Below, one piece after another: positions 22,707 to 33,645 of a stretch of 64,000 nt of DNA. The translations under genes were made by a program, and so were the position numbers. The stretch comes from Nitrosopumilus sp. (GTDB taxonomy: Archaea > Thermoproteota > Nitrososphaeria > Nitrososphaerales > Nitrosopumilaceae). Position 1 is the stretch's first letter. Each line of letters begins with the position of its first letter. Where the stretch lies: positions 800,001-864,000 of the forward strand of contig OZ245040.1 in the NCBI GenBank assembly GCA_965224195.1, in the 5' to 3' direction. The notes under the pieces are model-generated. The model had not been told where the DNA came from, made no database searches, and saw only the letters and a program-made list of their open reading frames with translations.

Positions 22707-22873
22707 TACTCTCCCCAATCTTCGCCTACGGTTTCTGCTTGTTTAAGCTCGGCATTTGATCCATCTTTTTTTGAGATTTCAAAGTCAGCGCCACAATCAG
22801 GGCAGGAAACAATTTCTCCTACTGAGGCATCGTCTGGGATGTTTAATTTTGCATCACATTCTGGGCAGTTCAT
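22706..22873 (-). CDS. lysW: Amino-group carrier protein LysW (55 aa; not in ORF track)
   Basis: Hand translation: MNCPECDAKL...CPDCGADF...EDWGE*. Confidence 0.97.
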   Translation of the reverse strand: MNCPECDAKLNIPDDASVGEIVSCPDCGADFEISKKDGSNAELKQAETVGEDWGE

Positions 22874-24069
22874 GTTTTTGTAGACCTTTTCTTTTGTAAT
22901 TTATTAGCTTCTGTTGACTGCATTCCCCATAATTCGACAAATCCTTTGGCTAGTCTTTGATCAAATGTAGATTCTACTCCATATGTTGCAATATCGTGAC
23001 TATACAATGAATTACTGGATTTTCTTCCAACTACTCTTAGACTTCCTTTGTACAGTTTTAGTTTCACAGTTCCAGATACTGGCTTCTGGGATGCTTCGAC
23101 AAAACCATCTAGATCTGTTTTTAGAGGATCTTGCCATAATCCTGAATACACCAAATATGCCCATTCATCATCAATCATTGATTTGAATTTGTTTTCATGT
23201 TTGGTATGAACCATTTTTTCTAAATCTGAATGAGCTTCAATTAGACAAGTTGCTGCTGGAGTTTCATATACTTCACGGGATTTAATTCCGACAACTCTAT
23301 CTTCAATATGATCAACTATTCCAACACCTGCATTCCCTGCTTTTTTGTTAATGTATTCAATTAGTTTTAGCGGTTCCATTATTTTACTGTCCACTCCAAC
23401 TGGTATTCCTTTATTGAATTTAATTTCCAAGTATGTTGGTTTGTCAGACAAGTTTTTTGTTTTAACCCAAATGAACGCATCATCTGGAGGTTCGTTGTAT
23501 GGATCTTCTAACACTCCCCCTTCTATTGCACGTCCCCACAAATTTTGATCAATACTAAATTTTTTTGCTACAGTATCAATTTCAATCCCATGTTTTTTTG
23601 CAAATTTCAATTCTGTATCCCTATCCAAATTTTTATCCCTTATTGGTGCTATAATTGGAAGGTCAGAACCTGAACGTAGTGTAATATCAAATCGTACTTG
23701 ATCATTTCCTTTTCCAGAACAACCATGAGCTAATGATGTAACTTTTTCTTTCTTTGCAATCTCTAAAACTTTTTCTGCAATTAATGGTCTGGCAAGTGCT
23801 GTTGCAAGACAATATTTTTTTTGATAAAGTGCATTTGCTTTAATTGAAGGAAAAATGTAATCTTTGACAAATTCTTTTCTTGCATCAATATTGTAATGTT
23901 TTTTTACACCCAGTTTTTTTGCTTTGGCTGCAATTTTTTTCCAATCATCGCCTTGCCCAACATCTACTGTGACGGTAATGACATCCATATCATGCTCATC
24001 TTGTAGATACTTTACAACAACTGAAGTATCTAGTCCACCAGAAAATGCAAGAATTCCTTTTTGAGTCAT
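22870..24069 (-). CDS. argG: Argininosuccinate synthase
   Basis: AFSGGLDTS and HGCSGKGNDQVRF motifs. Confidence 0.97.
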   Translation of the reverse strand: MTQKGILAFSGGLDTSVVVKYLQDEHDMDVITVTVDVGQGDDWKKIAAKAKKLGVKKHYNIDARKEFVKDYIFPSIKANALYQKKYCLATALARPLIAEKVLEIAKKEKVTSLAHGCSGKGNDQVRFDITLRSGSDLPIIAPIRDKNLDRDTELKFAKKHGIEIDTVAKKFSIDQNLWGRAIEGGVLEDPYNEPPDDAFIWVKTKNLSDKPTYLEIKFNKGIPVGVDSKIMEPLKLIEYINKKAGNAGVGIVDHIEDRVVGIKSREVYETPAATCLIEAHSDLEKMVHTKHENKFKSMIDDEWAYLVYSGLWQDPLKTDLDGFVEASQKPVSGTVKLKLYKGSLRVVGRKSSNSLYSHDIATYGVESTFDQRLAKGFVELWGMQSTEANKLQKKRSTKT

Positions 24070-24201
24070 AAAACATCTTTTTCGTCATATTTTGGAATTT
24101 ATCTTTTGTGATGGGCTCAAATCAAATTATTTTTAAAAAATTTCTGACTAGCTTGAGCTAAAATTCGATGATTATTTAACCGCCAATTATAACGCTGTTT
24201 T

Positions 24202-25230
24202 ATGAAAACCCGATCGATAATTTCTGCAAGCATTGTGGGCATCGTTTTGTTATCTGTATTGGGAGTATCTCTTAGTTCTACTTCTGAGTCAAATGAGAAT
24301 AAAATCCGTATTGCTTACTTTCCTAATATTGGTCATGCCATCCCAATTGTAGGGATGGAAAAAGAATTCTTTGAAACAAGTATGGGAAATACAACTAAAA
24401 TTGAAACTCGTGTTTTTGATAGCGGTCCTCAGGCTATAGAATCTCTATTTGCAAATTCAATTGATTTGGCATATGTTGGCCCTGGACCTGCGATTAATGG
24501 ATTTTTAAATTCTGAAAACTATAACGTAAAGATTCTTGCAGGAGCTGCAAGTGGTGGGGCAAGCTTTATCGTTCATCCTGAATCTGAAATAAATTCTGTA
24601 TCTGATTTTGCTGGAAAAAAAATTGCTGCTCCTCAAATTGGTAACACTCAAGATGTATCATTACGACATTATCTATCTGAAAATGGATTAAAAACTGCTG
24701 ATAAAGGAGGTTCTGTCATTGTTTACAATATATCAAATCCTGATATCTATACATTATTTGTTAAAGGTGATATTGATGGTGCATGGGTTGCAGAACCATG
24801 GGCTACTATTTTAGAATCTGAATTAAATGGAAAACGACTATTTCATGAAGAAGAGTTATGGCCAAATCATGAATTTGCATCTGTTCTTTTAATTGCAAAT
24901 GCAGATTATGTAGAAAAAAACCCCGTCATCGTTTCTAATTTTTTAGATTCTCATTATCAAACAATAACATGGATTAATCAAAATCCTGCTGACACTAGAA
25001 TTATTTTCAACAATTTTTTGAATTCTCACTTAGGTCAATCACTATCTGATGATGTTGTAGATGTTGCATTATCTAATCTTGTAATAACTGGTGATCCTTT
25101 ACCTGATTCTATTCATTCATTTGCAGAAAAGGCAGATACATTAGGATATCTTGGAAGAAATGGATATGATTTGTCTGGTATTTTTTACTACTTTGATACA
25201 AATTCTATTGAAGGAGAAAATAACACATGA
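24202..25230 (+). CDS. ABC transporter substrate-binding protein (sulfonate/nitrate family)
   Basis: N-terminal anchor; YVGPGPAING and QIGNTQD motifs. Confidence 0.85.
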   Translation: MKTRSIISASIVGIVLLSVLGVSLSSTSESNENKIRIAYFPNIGHAIPIVGMEKEFFETSMGNTTKIETRVFDSGPQAIESLFANSIDLAYVGPGPAINGFLNSENYNVKILAGAASGGASFIVHPESEINSVSDFAGKKIAAPQIGNTQDVSLRHYLSENGLKTADKGGSVIVYNISNPDIYTLFVKGDIDGAWVAEPWATILESELNGKRLFHEEELWPNHEFASVLLIANADYVEKNPVIVSNFLDSHYQTITWINQNPADTRIIFNNFLNSHLGQSLSDDVVDVALSNLVITGDPLPDSIHSFAEKADTLGYLGRNGYDLSGIFYYFDTNSIEGENNT

Positions 25231-25991
25231 CCAAACTTGAGGCAAAAAATATTGTAAAATATTTCAGTCATGATTCTCACAAACTCAAAGCCCTTGGGGG
25301 TGTAAATCTCAAAGTTGAGGCAGGGGATTTTGTATGTCTAGTTGGTCCTTCGGGATGTGGGAAATCTACCTTTTTGCGCATAGTTGCAGGTCTGGAAAAA
25401 CCCGATGAGGGACAAATTTTGTTTGATGGTAGAAATGTCACTGAAACCAGTCCTGAAAGGATTATGGTGTTTCAGGAGGGTGCATTATTTCCGTGGCTTA
25501 AGGTTCAAGATAATGTAGAATTTGGATTAAAGATGGCTGGTATTCCAAAAGAAGAACGAGCTAAAATATCTCATCGATATTTGGACATGATGCAATTAAC
25601 CAAATTTGTAGATTCATACGTTTACCAACTTTCAACTGGGATGAAGCAACGTGTAGCTATTGCAAGAGCTCTTGTAATGGATCCTGACGTATTGTTAATG
25701 GATGAACCATTTGCTGCGCTTGATCCCCAGACTCGTGACTTGTTGCTAGTTGAGATGCAGCTAATTTGGGAAAAAACAAAAAAGACAATTTTGTTTGTGA
25801 CTCACAATGTTGCAGAAGCTGCAGTACTTGGAACCAAAGTGGCAATTTTCAGTAATCGTCCCTCAGTAATTAAAAAAGAAGTTGACAATAATTTCCCACG
25901 ACCTAGAGTTACTGAAGATAAAGAATTATTACAATTTCAACAAGATATTTTAGCAGAACTTAGACCTGAGGTAAAGAAGAGTAAAGAGTGA
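25227..25991 (+). CDS. ABC transporter ATPase (TauB/SsuB-like)
   Basis: GPSGCGKS, LSTGMKQR and LLMDEPF motifs. Confidence 0.93.
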   Translation: MTKLEAKNIVKYFSHDSHKLKALGGVNLKVEAGDFVCLVGPSGCGKSTFLRIVAGLEKPDEGQILFDGRNVTETSPERIMVFQEGALFPWLKVQDNVEFGLKMAGIPKEERAKISHRYLDMMQLTKFVDSYVYQLSTGMKQRVAIARALVMDPDVLLMDEPFAALDPQTRDLLLVEMQLIWEKTKKTILFVTHNVAEAAVLGTKVAIFSNRPSVIKKEVDNNFPRPRVTEDKELLQFQQDILAELRPEVKKSKE

Positions 25992-25996
25992 TAATT

Positions 25997-26755
25997 ATGA
26001 CAAAAAATTTTACCCTCTATAGAATTGTATTTTACATTGGAATTGTTGTTGCATGGCAAGTAATTGCAATGGCTGGAGTATGGTCTGATAATATCTTCCC
26101 ATCTCCATATGAGGTAGCTGAAGACTTGGCATATGGTGTAGTCGATGGTAGTTTGTTATATGGGATAGCAACTAGTATGTGGAGATTATCTATTGGATTG
26201 GCCATTGCAATTACTGGTGGTGTTATTTTAGGAATCTTTATGGCACGAATTGAAGTTATCAATCAAACTGTAGGCTCTCTGGTTTTAGGATTACAATCAA
26301 TTCCTTCAATTGCTTGGGTGCCATTAGCAATACTTTGGTTTGGCTTGACTGATGGTGGAATAATTTTTGTCACTGCCATTGGTGCAATTTTTGCAGTTAC
26401 TATAAACACCTACACCGGAGTCAAAAATATAGATCCTCATTTTATTGAGGCTGCCCGAAATATGGGTGCAAAGGGCACTCAGCTAATCACTGCCGTATTG
26501 ATTCCTGCGGCATTTCCTTACATGATTTCCGGATTCAAACAAGGCTGGGCTTTTGCTTGGAGAGGTGTAATTGGTGCAGAAATACTATTTTCATTCTTAG
26601 GATTGGGGTTCTTGCTTAATGCAGGTCGTTCTCTAACTGACGTCTCCCAAGTTATTGGAATAATGGTTGTGATCATGGGAATTGGTCTTGCAGTTGATGG
26701 TGTAATTTTCAAAAGACTAGAAAACAAAGTAATGTCTCGTTGGGGATTAAGGTAA
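25997..26755 (+). CDS. ABC transporter permease (TauC/SsuC-like)
   Basis: Multiple TM segments and the EAARNMGA loop. Confidence 0.92.
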   Translation: MTKNFTLYRIVFYIGIVVAWQVIAMAGVWSDNIFPSPYEVAEDLAYGVVDGSLLYGIATSMWRLSIGLAIAITGGVILGIFMARIEVINQTVGSLVLGLQSIPSIAWVPLAILWFGLTDGGIIFVTAIGAIFAVTINTYTGVKNIDPHFIEAARNMGAKGTQLITAVLIPAAFPYMISGFKQGWAFAWRGVIGAEILFSFLGLGFLLNAGRSLTDVSQVIGIMVVIMGIGLAVDGVIFKRLENKVMSRWGLR

Positions 26756-26759
26756 TTTT

Positions 26760-27860
26760 TTACTTTTTAATTTTTAACGATACTACAAATGCGCATACAA
26801 TAATTGCAATTGCAAAATACATTACTGCAGCATAATCAAATGTAAATGCAATGACTCCTGCAATTACAGGTCCGATAACTGTTGCAATGGATAATGTAGA
26901 ACTAAATATCCCCGTTGATGTGGAACGTGGATTATTTTCCATTAGATGAAAGTTTCCGCCAATAAATAAAAATGCCCAAGTTCCTCCAACTAGTGCCATA
27001 AATGGCATAGCCATCCACCAATCTGTGACAAATACTAATCCTACAAATACAAATGTTGTAAACCCAATACCTATTTTGAATTTAGTTACATTTGATAGGT
27101 TGATTTTACTTGCCATCACATTCATCAAAATAAATGCAGTCAATGTGTTTGCAACATATACAATTGATATATGATAAAGTTCAGCTCCCCATCTTTCCAT
27201 TAACATTATGGGGAGAATAGTCCATACAGCTGCTGCACCAATATGTCTTAACAATAATGATAGAAAGAGAAATTTATTTTTCGAAATTACTTTTTTTGTT
27301 GTTCCTGGCTGTGTTTCTTTTAGTTGTTCAGGGTTTGGTAGTTTAATTGTAAAGAGTAACCCAATAACAAATGAAATGGAACTAATTAAAAATATAAGTT
27401 TAAGATCATTTGCAAATCCTGCAGCAGCAATCCCTGCTAACCATCCTAATGCATGAAATGAAATTACTGTTGCTGCTCGTTTCTTGTCAATATTTACCTC
27501 ATAGGTATATGCTATCATTGCAGGAATCATAATTCCACTTGCAACTCCCGCCAGAATTCTTACTAGAAAGAACATGGAAAGATCATCTGCAAAATAATGT
27601 AGTCCAAATGCTACGGCACATCCAATAAAGCCAATTCTGATAAATTTGAGCCTAGTTCCTTTCTTGTCTGAGTGTCTTCCAAAATAAATTTCAGATAAAA
27701 TCTGAGCAAAACTAAATGATGCTACCAAAAGTCCAATTTCAAAGATTGATTCAGTAACTCCTTTTGCAATTATAGGCATGAAAACAAAGACGATTGAAAT
27801 TCCAGCATGTTGAAAAAAGGTTGCACTACGAACTAGATTATTTACTTGAAGATTTACCAT
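26760..27860 (-). CDS. MFS transporter
   Basis: About 12 hydrophobic segments and a GRHSDKKG motif-A-like loop. Confidence 0.85.
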   Translation of the reverse strand: MVNLQVNNLVRSATFFQHAGISIVFVFMPIIAKGVTESIFEIGLLVASFSFAQILSEIYFGRHSDKKGTRLKFIRIGFIGCAVAFGLHYFADDLSMFFLVRILAGVASGIMIPAMIAYTYEVNIDKKRAATVISFHALGWLAGIAAAGFANDLKLIFLISSISFVIGLLFTIKLPNPEQLKETQPGTTKKVISKNKFLFLSLLLRHIGAAAVWTILPIMLMERWGAELYHISIVYVANTLTAFILMNVMASKINLSNVTKFKIGIGFTTFVFVGLVFVTDWWMAMPFMALVGGTWAFLFIGGNFHLMENNPRSTSTGIFSSTLSIATVIGPVIAGVIAFTFDYAAVMYFAIAIIVCAFVVSLKIKK

Positions 27861-27972
27861 TAATGTACATCAGATCTGGTTTCACCTAATTTCAATATAC
27901 GTATCATTACTACATCTCTTTGTGGTTTTTTCTGAAAAGAGTTAAACTGTCCTAGAACATTTTGAAATTAAA

Positions 27973-28935
27973 TTGACTGGAAAAGAACCATTTCTTGATG
28001 CAATGAAAAATCGTGTATTGCTATTTGATGGTGCAATGGGAACTGAAATTCAAAGACATGACCCACAACCAGAAGACTTTCCTAACAATCAAGATGGTTT
28101 TAATGATGGATTAGTAGTAACACATCCTGAATGGATTAAAGAAATTCACAGAAATTATTTAGATGCTGGGTCTGATTGTGTTGAAACAAATTCTTTTGGT
28201 TCAAATAAAATCAAACTTGCTGAATATGGTTTTGGAGATCAAACAATTGAATTTAATAAAAAAATTGCCTCACTTGCATCTGAAGTTTGTGCAGAATATT
28301 CTGATAAACCACGATATGTAATTGGGTCAATGGGTCCAACTGGCTATCTTCCAAGTTCTAATGATCCTGATCTTGGTCAAATACCACTAGATGAAATACG
28401 TGAAGCATTTGAGTTACAAGCTGAAGGATTAATTCTTGGTGGTGTTGACGCATTACTAATTGAAACAAGTCAAGATCTGTTAGAAATCAAACTTGTCATT
28501 GAGGCATGTCATAATGCGATAAAAAAAACTGGTAAAAAAGTTCCAATCATTGCAAATACCACATTGGATCAATACGGCAAAATGCTACTTGGCACAAATG
28601 TCCAAGCTGCATACACAACTGTTTCTGATATGGGAATTGATGTTTTTGGATTAAATTGTTCCACTGGCCCTATTGAGATGAATCCTAGTGTTCAGTGGTT
28701 AGATGAGCAAGATGACCACAGCATATTGGTTGTTCCAAATGCAGGTATGCCTGAAAACGATGGAGGACAAGCAGTTTACAAAATGACTCCTGAGAAAATG
28801 GGTAAGGCCTTGGGTGACTTCCTTAATGACTACAAAAAAGTTCGAATTATTGGTGGTTGTTGTGGAACAAATCCTGAACACATCAAGGCCTTGAGAAAAG
28901 TAATTGACGAAAAAGCCAGTTCTATCGAGAGTTAA
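27973..28935 (+). CDS. metH: Methionine synthase, homocysteine-binding module (split MetH)
   Basis: DGAMGT, GLNC and GGCCGT motifs. Confidence 0.9.
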   Translation: MTGKEPFLDAMKNRVLLFDGAMGTEIQRHDPQPEDFPNNQDGFNDGLVVTHPEWIKEIHRNYLDAGSDCVETNSFGSNKIKLAEYGFGDQTIEFNKKIASLASEVCAEYSDKPRYVIGSMGPTGYLPSSNDPDLGQIPLDEIREAFELQAEGLILGGVDALLIETSQDLLEIKLVIEACHNAIKKTGKKVPIIANTTLDQYGKMLLGTNVQAAYTTVSDMGIDVFGLNCSTGPIEMNPSVQWLDEQDDHSILVVPNAGMPENDGGQAVYKMTPEKMGKALGDFLNDYKKVRIIGGCCGTNPEHIKALRKVIDEKASSIES

Positions 28936-28967
28936 GTATTTACAAAAACAGATATGATTTTATAATA

Positions 28968-31466
28968 TTGACAGTTCCAAGAATAAGTTCAGCATTGAAA
29001 GCCGTTGATCTAAAACAAATCCCTGCACCTATGATTATTGGTGAGCGAATTAATACTCAAGGTTCTCGTAAAGCAAAGAAAATGGTTCTTGAAGATGATT
29101 ATGAGGGCTTGGTTGATTTGGGTCGAATACAAGTTGAGGATGGTGCACACTGTCTTGATGTTTGTGTTGCAACTACAGAACGAGCAGATGAAAAAGCATT
29201 CATGTTAAATTTAGTAAAACGATTAAGCTTGGAAATTGATGCACCACTAGTAATTGACTCTACAGATCCTGAAGTCATTGAAGCGTCTGTAACTCAAATT
29301 CCTGGAAGACCAATAATTAATTCAATAAATCTCGAAGGGGATGGAAGTAGGTTTGAAAAACTGGCTCCTATCATGGCAAAGTATGGCTTACCTGCGATTG
29401 CTTTGTGTATTGGACCAGAAGGAATGGCTAAAACTCCTCAACAAAAAGTCGATACTGCAGAATTACTTTATGAAACAGGAAAAAAATATGGATTAAAAAT
29501 TGAACAGTTTATTTTTGATGTTCTTACATTTACTTTGGCAACTGGTGAGGATGAATTCCTTGATGCAGGAAAAAATACTCTGGAAGGAATTAGACTAGTT
29601 AAAGAGAAATTTCCAAACTGTTTCACAACTTTGGGTCTTAGTAACATCAGCTTTGGTCTTGCACCGTATGCTAGAAAAGTTCTAAATTCAGCATTCTTGT
29701 ATCATGCAGTTAAAGCTGGTCTTGATTCTGCAATAGTTAATGCAAAAGAGATCATTCCTTATGGTGAAATTGATGAAAAGGAGAAAAAACTCGTAGATGA
29801 TCTAATCTTTAACCGACATCCTGATGCATTATCTGATTCGATTGCCTATTTTGAGAATGTAGGATCTAAAGTTGGTACTACTTCAAAGAAGGTCGATGTT
29901 GATCCTTCCTGGCCTGCAGGAAAACGTGCGAATTTTAGAATTGTAAATAGACTCAAAGATGGAATTCAAAATGATGTTGTATCTGCAATTGCCGAGAAAC
30001 TAGAAAAAAATGATATTATCAAAGATACTGATGGAATTTTTTCCCTTGATGCTCCAAAAGAAGTTACACATGACAGTGCCATTAGGACTCTCAATGAAGA
30101 TTTACTTCCTGCAATGAAAGAGGTTGGTGATAAATTTGGTTCAGGAGAACTAATCTTACCTTTTGTTCTAAAGTCTGCAGAATGTATGAAAGCTTCAGTT
30201 GGTGAACTGGAAAAATATCTAGTAAAAGAGGAAGGGACAAGTAAAGGTGTACTTGTTTTAGGTACTGTTTATGGTGACGTTCATGATATTGGTAAAAATC
30301 TTGTAAAGACAATTTTTCAAAATAATGGATATACCGTACATGATTTGGGAAAACAAGTTCCATTACAAAAATTCCTTGAAAAAATCGATGAAACAAAACC
30401 TGACGCAATTGGATTGTCTGCATTATTAGTCTCTACTTCAAAACAAATGAAATTCTTTGTGGAATATGCTAGGAAAAACAATATGACTATTCCAATTCTT
30501 TGTGGTGGTGCTGCAATTAACACCAACTACATTAACAGAATAGCAAAAGAAGATGGCATTTACGAACCTGGACTATTTTATTGCAATACTATGTTTGAGG
30601 GTCTCAAAACAATGGATGTTTTAGTTTCTGATGAAAAACCAAAACTTTTAGCTGATTGGAAAGAAAAGTTGGAGAACTGGAAAGAAAAATCTACTACAAT
30701 TGTAGATCCTGACACACTTCCAAAAAGCGATGTCAAACCAGTTCAATCTTCCACTCCAAAAGTAATTGGAGAGCCTATTCGTTTAAAATTAGATCAAATC
30801 AACATGGCCGAAGTTTGGACTATGATTGATAAAAAATCATTATTCAAATTATCTTGGGGGTTGAGAGGAAAAGCTGGTTCTGAATCTGAAGAAGAACATG
30901 AACAATTGTTAACTGAATGGAAAATGAGGATAATTCGAGATAAACTCTTTGAGCCTGAAATTGTTTATGGGTATTTCAAATGTCATAATAAAGATAGAAA
31001 ATTACTAGTTGAGAATCCTCATGGCAATGACGTTGAATTGGAATTTCCTCGTTCAACAAAACCAGATCATTTGTGTCTGACTGATTATTTTGGTGATCAA
31101 GATATTGTTGCATTTCAATCTGTAACTGTAGGAAATAAGGTGGCAGATATTATTGAACTATGGAATAAAGAGGACAAATACACTGATGCCTATTATCTTC
31201 ATGGGTTGGCAGTTGAAGTTGCAGAAGCTTTAGCTGAATGGGTAAATCAGAAAATCAAAACTGAATTGAATTTACAAAAAGGTGGTTTAAGGTATAGTTG
31301 GGGATTTCCTAGCTGTCCTGATGTTTTACAACATCATCTGGTATGGAAATTATTAGAACCTGAAAAATCTGGAATGACTTTAACTGAATCTGGTCAAATT
31401 ATTCCTGAACAATCAACTGCAGCAATTGTGGTTCATCATCCTGATGCAAAATATTTTGTACTTTAA
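28968..31466 (+). CDS. metH: Methionine synthase, pterin/B12/activation modules (split MetH)
   Basis: IGERIN, DVHDIGKN (B12 binding) and RYSWGFPSCPD motifs. Confidence 0.92.
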   Translation: MTVPRISSALKAVDLKQIPAPMIIGERINTQGSRKAKKMVLEDDYEGLVDLGRIQVEDGAHCLDVCVATTERADEKAFMLNLVKRLSLEIDAPLVIDSTDPEVIEASVTQIPGRPIINSINLEGDGSRFEKLAPIMAKYGLPAIALCIGPEGMAKTPQQKVDTAELLYETGKKYGLKIEQFIFDVLTFTLATGEDEFLDAGKNTLEGIRLVKEKFPNCFTTLGLSNISFGLAPYARKVLNSAFLYHAVKAGLDSAIVNAKEIIPYGEIDEKEKKLVDDLIFNRHPDALSDSIAYFENVGSKVGTTSKKVDVDPSWPAGKRANFRIVNRLKDGIQNDVVSAIAEKLEKNDIIKDTDGIFSLDAPKEVTHDSAIRTLNEDLLPAMKEVGDKFGSGELILPFVLKSAECMKASVGELEKYLVKEEGTSKGVLVLGTVYGDVHDIGKNLVKTIFQNNGYTVHDLGKQVPLQKFLEKIDETKPDAIGLSALLVSTSKQMKFFVEYARKNNMTIPILCGGAAINTNYINRIAKEDGIYEPGLFYCNTMFEGLKTMDVLVSDEKPKLLADWKEKLENWKEKSTTIVDPDTLPKSDVKPVQSSTPKVIGEPIRLKLDQINMAEVWTMIDKKSLFKLSWGLRGKAGSESEEEHEQLLTEWKMRIIRDKLFEPEIVYGYFKCHNKDRKLLVENPHGNDVELEFPRSTKPDHLCLTDYFGDQDIVAFQSVTVGNKVADIIELWNKEDKYTDAYYLHGLAVEVAEALAEWVNQKIKTELNLQKGGLRYSWGFPSCPDVLQHHLVWKLLEPEKSGMTLTESGQIIPEQSTAAIVVHHPDAKYFVL

Positions 31467-32200
31467 TTATTTGATTTTTCTAGATATTCATTCAATCCAC
31501 TAAAGTCACTTGGTGATGTGATTAGTATGTCTCCTGTAATTTCGTGTACCTCTTTTACAAATTCGTCAAACCTTTGACTATATTTTACCCAATCAATATC
31601 CAGAAATGTTGCTGATTTTTCATTTTTACGTGATGGGAATAAAAGTATTGGAATGATTGAAAATCCTTTGAGATTATCTGATAATTCTTGAACTTGTTGG
31701 ATATTTTGAATCACTTGAGTCATGAATCCTTTGGGCTTTGCATCTAGTTTCTTTCCAATTTTTGAAAAATTAGGCTTGTTTGATATTGAAAGATACAAAT
31801 CAATTTTCAAATTCACTTCTTGCTCTCTTAATCTCTTGACTGTCAAACTTGGAATCTGTCCTGAATCTTCCTTTCCTGTTTGTGAAGGATCTCCCATTAA
31901 TACCAAAATCCCTGAAAACCCTATGGAAATACATTTCTCTACAAATTCTAAAATCTCTTTTTCACTTTTATCTCTAACTCTGAGACTAACAGTAATTGGC
32001 AAATCTGGAATTTCATGTTTGATGATTTTACCCACTTCAATTGGTGAAACTCTTTGAAATCCTAACACATTTTCTGTAAGGTGGATTGCATCACATTTTT
32101 TTGAAATTATTTTTATTTTATCTACAAATTTTTTAATTGATTCATTTGTATCTACATCAGGTAGAATTTTGGGTGGATTAGCTTCATACCTAATTGTCAT
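31463..32200 (-). CDS. Methylenetetrahydrofolate reductase-like protein
   Basis: EANPP, LVLMGDP and FMTQ motifs; adjacent to metH. Confidence 0.7.
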   Translation of the reverse strand: MTIRYEANPPKILPDVDTNESIKKFVDKIKIISKKCDAIHLTENVLGFQRVSPIEVGKIIKHEIPDLPITVSLRVRDKSEKEILEFVEKCISIGFSGILVLMGDPSQTGKEDSGQIPSLTVKRLREQEVNLKIDLYLSISNKPNFSKIGKKLDAKPKGFMTQVIQNIQQVQELSDNLKGFSIIPILLFPSRKNEKSATFLDIDWVKYSQRFDEFVKEVHEITGDILITSPSDFSGLNEYLEKSNN

Positions 32201-32274
32201 ATTTTCAATTCTTCTATCCTTGGTTAAAACCTTTGAATACCAATACTCATTTGGAATAGTAGGAAAGAACTACG

Positions 32275-32823
32275 ATGCTTCTAGATGAATTAAAATCTCA
32301 CCTTTCTACACAAATTAATCCTAAAATTGAATCTAATGGAAAATATCGTTTAGCATCAGTACTGGTGGTAATTTATGGTAAAGAGCCAATTGTTGTAATG
32401 ACTGAAAAACCAAAACATATGAAATTCCATGCAGGTGAAATTTCATTCCCTGGTGGAAAATTAGATTCTGATGATTCAGATCTTTTAGAAACTGCATTGC
32501 GTGAAACCCGTGAAGAAATTGGACTTTCAATTTCTAAAGAGCAAGTAATTGGCCAGCTAGATCCAGTTATAACATTAAATTCTGGATTTTTAATTTTACC
32601 CTTTGTTTCAGTAGTAAATGAAATCATTACACTTTCAGCCAATGCTGAAGTAGAAAAAATTTTTCATATTCCTTTAGAACTATTTTTAAAAACTAAAGCA
32701 AAAGATCCTGATCCATTACATAATCTAATTCAAGAAATGTACACCTTTGAATATCAAAATCAAATTGTGTGGGGTGCTTCTGCTAGAATTCTAAAACAGA
32801 TTCAAGATTGCCTAAAATCCTGA
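32275..32823 (+). CDS. Nudix hydrolase (CoA pyrophosphatase-like)
   Basis: HAGEISFPGG...ALRETREEIG and VWGASA motifs. Confidence 0.9.
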   Translation: MLLDELKSHLSTQINPKIESNGKYRLASVLVVIYGKEPIVVMTEKPKHMKFHAGEISFPGGKLDSDDSDLLETALRETREEIGLSISKEQVIGQLDPVITLNSGFLILPFVSVVNEIITLSANAEVEKIFHIPLELFLKTKAKDPDPLHNLIQEMYTFEYQNQIVWGASARILKQIQDCLKS

Positions 32824-32860
32824 GATTCATTTAAAAAGAGCTCTTCGTGCCTGAAAATCT

Positions 32861-33019
32861 ATGGCTGCACGTAAGTCCTCTCCAAGGAAAATCCGTCTAC
32901 TCAAAAAGACTAGACAGACATCCGCAGTACCTGCATGGATTATTCTCAAAACTAAGAGAAGTGTTAGAACCAATCCCCAACGCAGAGCTTGGAGATCAAC
33001 TGATGTGGAGGTAGGATAG
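32861..33019 (+). CDS. rpl39e: Ribosomal protein L39e (52 aa; not in ORF track)
   Basis: Hand translation MAARKSSPRKIRLLKKTRQTSAVPAWIILKT...RRAWRST; directly upstream of L31e. Confidence 0.93.
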   Translation: MAARKSSPRKIRLLKKTRQTSAVPAWIILKTKRSVRTNPQRRAWRSTDVEVG

Positions 33020-33610
33020 TTGTCTCAAGAATTAGAACGAGTTTATACAATTCCACTTGGTAAAGTAAAAATTTCACAATCACAACATAGAGCCGTTAGA
33101 GCAATTAACATGATTAGAGAATTTGCTCGACATCACATGAAAGTTGAGACAATCAAAATAGATGAAGAATTAGCTCGTTCTATGTGGGCAAGAGGTGTTA
33201 GAAATCCTCCAAGAAAAGTTAGAGTTAGAATGAGTAAAACTGACGAAGGCTATATTCTTGTCACTAAATATACTGAAGACGAAGAAGCTAAAGTAACTCC
33301 TGAAACAGAAACCAAAAAAGTTTCTGACAAAGTAGAAGAACCAGCTAAAGAAGCACCAAAGAAAGATACACCAGCTAAAGAAGCACCAAAGAAAGATACA
33401 CCAGCTAAAGAAGCACCAAAGAAAGATACACCAGCTAAAGAAGCACCAAAGAAAGATACACCAGCTAAAGAAGCACCAAAGAAAGATACACCAGCTAAAG
33501 AAGCACCAAAGAAAGATACACCAGCTAAAGAAGCACCAAAGAAAGATACACCAGCTAAAGAAGCACCAAAGAAAGATACACCAGCTAAAGAAGCACCAAA
33601 GAAAGATTAA
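33020..33610 (+). CDS. rpl31e: Ribosomal protein L31e with repetitive C-terminal tail
   Basis: ERVYTIPL, RAVRAI and WARG..NPPRKVRV motifs. Confidence 0.93.
   Translation: MSQELERVYTIPLGKVKISQSQHRAVRAINMIREFARHHMKVETIKIDEELARSMWARGVRNPPRKVRVRMSKTDEGYILVTKYTEDEEAKVTPETETKKVSDKVEEPAKEAPKKDTPAKEAPKKDTPAKEAPKKDTPAKEAPKKDTPAKEAPKKDTPAKEAPKKDTPAKEAPKKDTPAKEAPKKDTPAKEAPKKD
33341..33607 (+). repeat. Perfect 30-bp tandem repeat x8.9 (PAKEAPKKDT)
   Basis: ccagctaaagaagcaccaaagaaagataca repeated without mismatch. Confidence 0.97.
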
Positions 33611-33645
33611 TTCTTTTCAAAAAATTATTGTTTTTAAAAATAAGT

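Noticed and set aside
27973-31466. Split metH as a broken gene
   Set aside because: Both halves are intact, each has its own start, and the break falls at a domain boundary; split MetH is a known arrangement.
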